A stretch of DNA of 19,611 nt, taken from a virus (lineage: Duplodnaviria; Heunggongvirae; Uroviricota; Caudoviricetes). Position 1 is the stretch's first letter. Each line of letters begins with the position of its first letter. Below the pieces are notes generated by a model. That model had not been told where the DNA came from, searched no databases, and saw nothing but the letters and a program-made list of their open reading frames with translations. The DNA is taken from IMG/VR virus record IMGVR_UViG_2585427757_000001, positions 1 through 19,611 of that record; one strand, given 5' to 3'. The translations under genes were made by a program, and so were the position numbers. Below, piece by piece: positions 17,789 through 19,611 of the stretch.

Positions 17789-18532
17789 ATGCATCGTATA
17801 GACACGAAAACCGCGCAGAAGGATAAGTTCGGCGCGGGTAAGAACGGTTTTACCCGTGGTAACCCCCAGACTGGCACACCTGCCACCGATCTGGATGATG
17901 ACTACTTTGATATGTTGCAGGAAGAACTCTGCAGCGTGGTGGAGGCATCCGGTGCCAGCCTGGAGAAGGGGCGAAACGACCAGTTGCTTACCGCGCTTCG
18001 TGCTCTGCTGTTAAGCCGCAAGAATCCGTTTGGTGATATCAAATCGGATGGCACCGTGAAAACAGCTCTCGAAAACCTTGGTTTGGGAGAAGCGGCAAAA
18101 CGGAATGTGGGCAACGGGGAAAACCAAATCCCTGATATGTCTTTCTGGACGGTTACTGGTGGCAATGGAAATTTTGTGATTCGTCAACCTGACGGGCTAA
18201 TCATTCAGATGGTTACTGTAAGTATAAGCGGCCCGGTGGCGATGAATGGAATGACTGATAATGCTTATGCCATTACAGGTTCTAATAAGTCTTATATTGC
18301 CACAGCCACATTGCCCTTTGTATTTCCTAATAAGGTGCTGGGCGTTATCCCTCTGGTATCAACAACAGCTTATGGTGGTGTATCCAGTAATATTACAGGT
18401 TCATACGCGACTGCGGTTTGTTCTTTTGCCGCTGTCAGGGGAAATAATACGATTGTGTTCAAAGTCGACAAACCACTGAATGCAGCCTTTCCTTCAGATA
18501 CCAGCGTCTCAGCGTTAATCATTGGACGGTAA
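17789..18532 (+). CDS. Tail fibre protein: constant N-terminal part plus variable C-terminal receptor-binding part
   Basis: 247-aa ORF with SD ggagt (17779-17783). The N-terminus ([26 protein letters not shown]...) resembles the conserved start of Mu/P2-type fibres. Composition becomes AT-richer after about 18100. The gene contains the candidate invertase crossover site at 18066-18091. Confidence 0.8.
   Translation: MHRIDTKTAQKDKFGAGKNGFTRGNPQTGTPATDLDDDYFDMLQEELCSVVEASGASLEKGRNDQLLTALRALLLSRKNPFGDIKSDGTVKTALENLGLGEAAKRNVGNGENQIPDMSFWTVTGGNGNFVIRQPDGLIIQMVTVSISGPVAMNGMTDNAYAITGSNKSYIATATLPFVFPNKVLGVIPLVSTTAYGGVSSNITGSYATAVCSFAAVRGNNTIVFKVDKPLNAAFPSDTSVSALIIGR
18066..18091. other. Candidate site-specific invertase crossover site (hix/gix/pix-like 26-mer)
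   Basis: ctctcgaaaacc-tt-ggtttgggagaa; the reverse complement is TTCTCCCAAACC AA GGTTTTCGAGAG. Two imperfect 12-bp inverted half-sites flank a central dinucleotide, matching the TTCTnnnAAACCAAGGTTTnnGAnAn pattern of Hin/Gin/Cin/Pin sites. It lies inside the fibre gene at the constant/variable boundary. Confidence 0.55.
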
Positions 18533-18534
18533 GA

Positions 18535-18978
18535 ATGAACTCAGTATTCTTTTCACCCGGAAGTAAAAGTTTTTATCTGCAAGAATTGTTTCCAGAATAT
18601 GAGGATGCGGGAACGCTTCCTGATGATGTTATTGAAATTACCAGAGAAACATATGAGCAATTTCTTGGGCTGCATCCAGAAGGGAAAGAAATTGGCGCTG
18701 ACAGTTCAGGACGGCCAGTATGGATTAATTCCCCACCCCCTTCAAAAGAGGATGAGGTGTTGACGGCTGAAATGAAAAAAATATCTTTGGTTTCTGAAGT
18801 CAATACCTACATCAATACTCATCAGTGGCCTGGCAAAGCGGCGATTGGTCGTCTGAAAAGTGAGGAACTGGCGCAATATAATTTGTGGCTGGATTATCTG
18901 GACGCACTGGAACTGGTTGATACCTCCAGTGCTCCAGATATTGAATGGCCTACGCCTCCGGCAGTTCAGGCCAGATGA
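18535..18978 (+). CDS. Tail fibre assembly protein (Tfa)
   Basis: 147-aa ORF directly after the fibre gene; C-terminus (...LDYLDALELVDTSSAPDIEWPTPP...) shows the Tfa-type motif. Confidence 0.8.
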   Translation: MNSVFFSPGSKSFYLQELFPEYEDAGTLPDDVIEITRETYEQFLGLHPEGKEIGADSSGRPVWINSPPPSKEDEVLTAEMKKISLVSEVNTYINTHQWPGKAAIGRLKSEELAQYNLWLDYLDALELVDTSSAPDIEWPTPPAVQAR

Positions 18979-19552
18979 CATCCGGCGCGGTGCTGGTATC
19001 TGTTGCCGTCACCGTGTCAATGTAATCCAGCACAGCGTTAAGGCGAGTGATTTCTGCTTGCGTCAGCTGCCGCCCGGCCTGTAATTTCAGCTGAATCAGA
19101 CTGATGGAAGCCATAGCAGCATCAATCAGCGACTGGCGCTGTGCTTCTGCCACGTCTACTGCGGCGCTATGCTGTGCCTCAGTATCGGTCACCCATTTCT
19201 CACCATCCCATTTATCGAATGGCGTTAACGGGGCGATAGTAGTTGTATTTTCAGGGTAATCACCCGGAGCTGTGATTTCTTTTGATTCTCCTGTTTCAGT
19301 GCTATATACCGTTTCACCGCGATGATCTGGCACATATTCCCATGAGTTAAAATCTGCAGAACGGCAAATTGCATAACCAGCTTTATATGAGCCAGGAGCA
19401 TCTAAACAGGAACATGCCGGAATACCGACGCCAACCGCAAGATATTCAGTTGATGTGGAAATATATTCCCGCGTTTCACCATCATAATTATAAATGGTAA
19501 TGTCTCCCGCTTTTATGGCAATGAGTTCGTTATTTAATACGGCTTTATTCAT
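18950..19552 (-). CDS. Second tail fibre assembly protein, inverted orientation (Tfa')
   Basis: 200-aa minus-strand ORF with SD on the minus strand (gaggg, 6 nt before ATG). Its C-terminus (...LDYIDTVTATDTSTAPDVIWPELPEA) parallels the + strand Tfa C-terminus; the two genes converge and overlap by 29 bp (18950-18978). Confidence 0.8.
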   Translation of the reverse strand: MNKAVLNNELIAIKAGDITIYNYDGETREYISTSTEYLAVGVGIPACSCLDAPGSYKAGYAICRSADFNSWEYVPDHRGETVYSTETGESKEITAPGDYPENTTTIAPLTPFDKWDGEKWVTDTEAQHSAAVDVAEAQRQSLIDAAMASISLIQLKLQAGRQLTQAEITRLNAVLDYIDTVTATDTSTAPDVIWPELPEA

Positions 19553-19562
19553 CAGGCAGCCC

Positions 19563-19611
19563 TCACGATATAATTAAAGGCAATGTTACGAGGACGGTTT
19601 TCGTTTGCAGT
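19563..19611 (-). CDS. 3' end of an alternative tail-fibre variable segment, inverted orientation; partial, continues beyond the window
   Basis: Minus-strand frame open from the window edge to a stop at 19563-19565 (...LQTKTVLVTLPLIIS*), ending 10 nt before the Tfa' start. Called from context only: 16 codons are visible. Confidence 0.35.
   Translation of the reverse strand, partial: LQTKTVLVTLPLIIS

Larger units (their letters stand above)
1..19611 (+). mobile_element. Prophage/phage late-gene region: HK97-type head module plus Mu-type contractile tail module; window lies entirely inside the element
   Basis: Uninterrupted co-directional series of terminase, portal, protease, capsid, sheath, tube, tape measure and baseplate genes with tight or overlapping junctions (stop/start overlaps at 902/905, 6488/6491, 7376/7379, 9597/9599, 14113/14116, 15737/15740). 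Confidence 0.9.

Noticed and set aside
1-19611. CRISPR arrays, tRNA/rRNA genes, IS elements/transposases, integrase, lysis cassette
   Set aside because: No direct-repeat/spacer periodicity, no cloverleaf-like tRNA candidates noticed, and no ORF with recombinase or transposase character; coding capacity is accounted for by structural genes plus one moron. tRNA absence was judged by eye, not by a scan.

Overview
The window reads as one nearly complete late (structural) operon of a temperate tailed phage or prophage, almost entirely on the + strand. It is probably from an enterobacterial host, inferred only from GC content and protein families. Gene order is: HNH endonuclease (5' partial), a candidate cos region, small and large terminase, a small membrane protein, portal, prohead protease, HK97-fold major capsid, head-tail joining genes, then a Mu-type contractile tail module (sheath, tube, chaperone with a frameshifted extension, tape measure, Mu N-like DNA circularization protein, baseplate hub, spike, gp46-like, J-like, gp48-like, tail fibre, tail fibre assembly). 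Two things break the pattern. First, an AT-rich antisense insert between the tape measure and N-like genes encodes a membrane-anchored protein of unknown function; this is the best candidate for an accessory or novel function. Second, the 3' end carries a Hin/Gin/Pin-type crossover site inside the tail-fibre gene followed by two convergent tail-fibre assembly genes, which indicates an invertible host-range cassette whose far half and invertase lie beyond the window. No rRNA, tRNA, CRISPR array, transposase, integrase or lysis gene was seen. All family assignments come from reading the translations and gene order; no searches were run.
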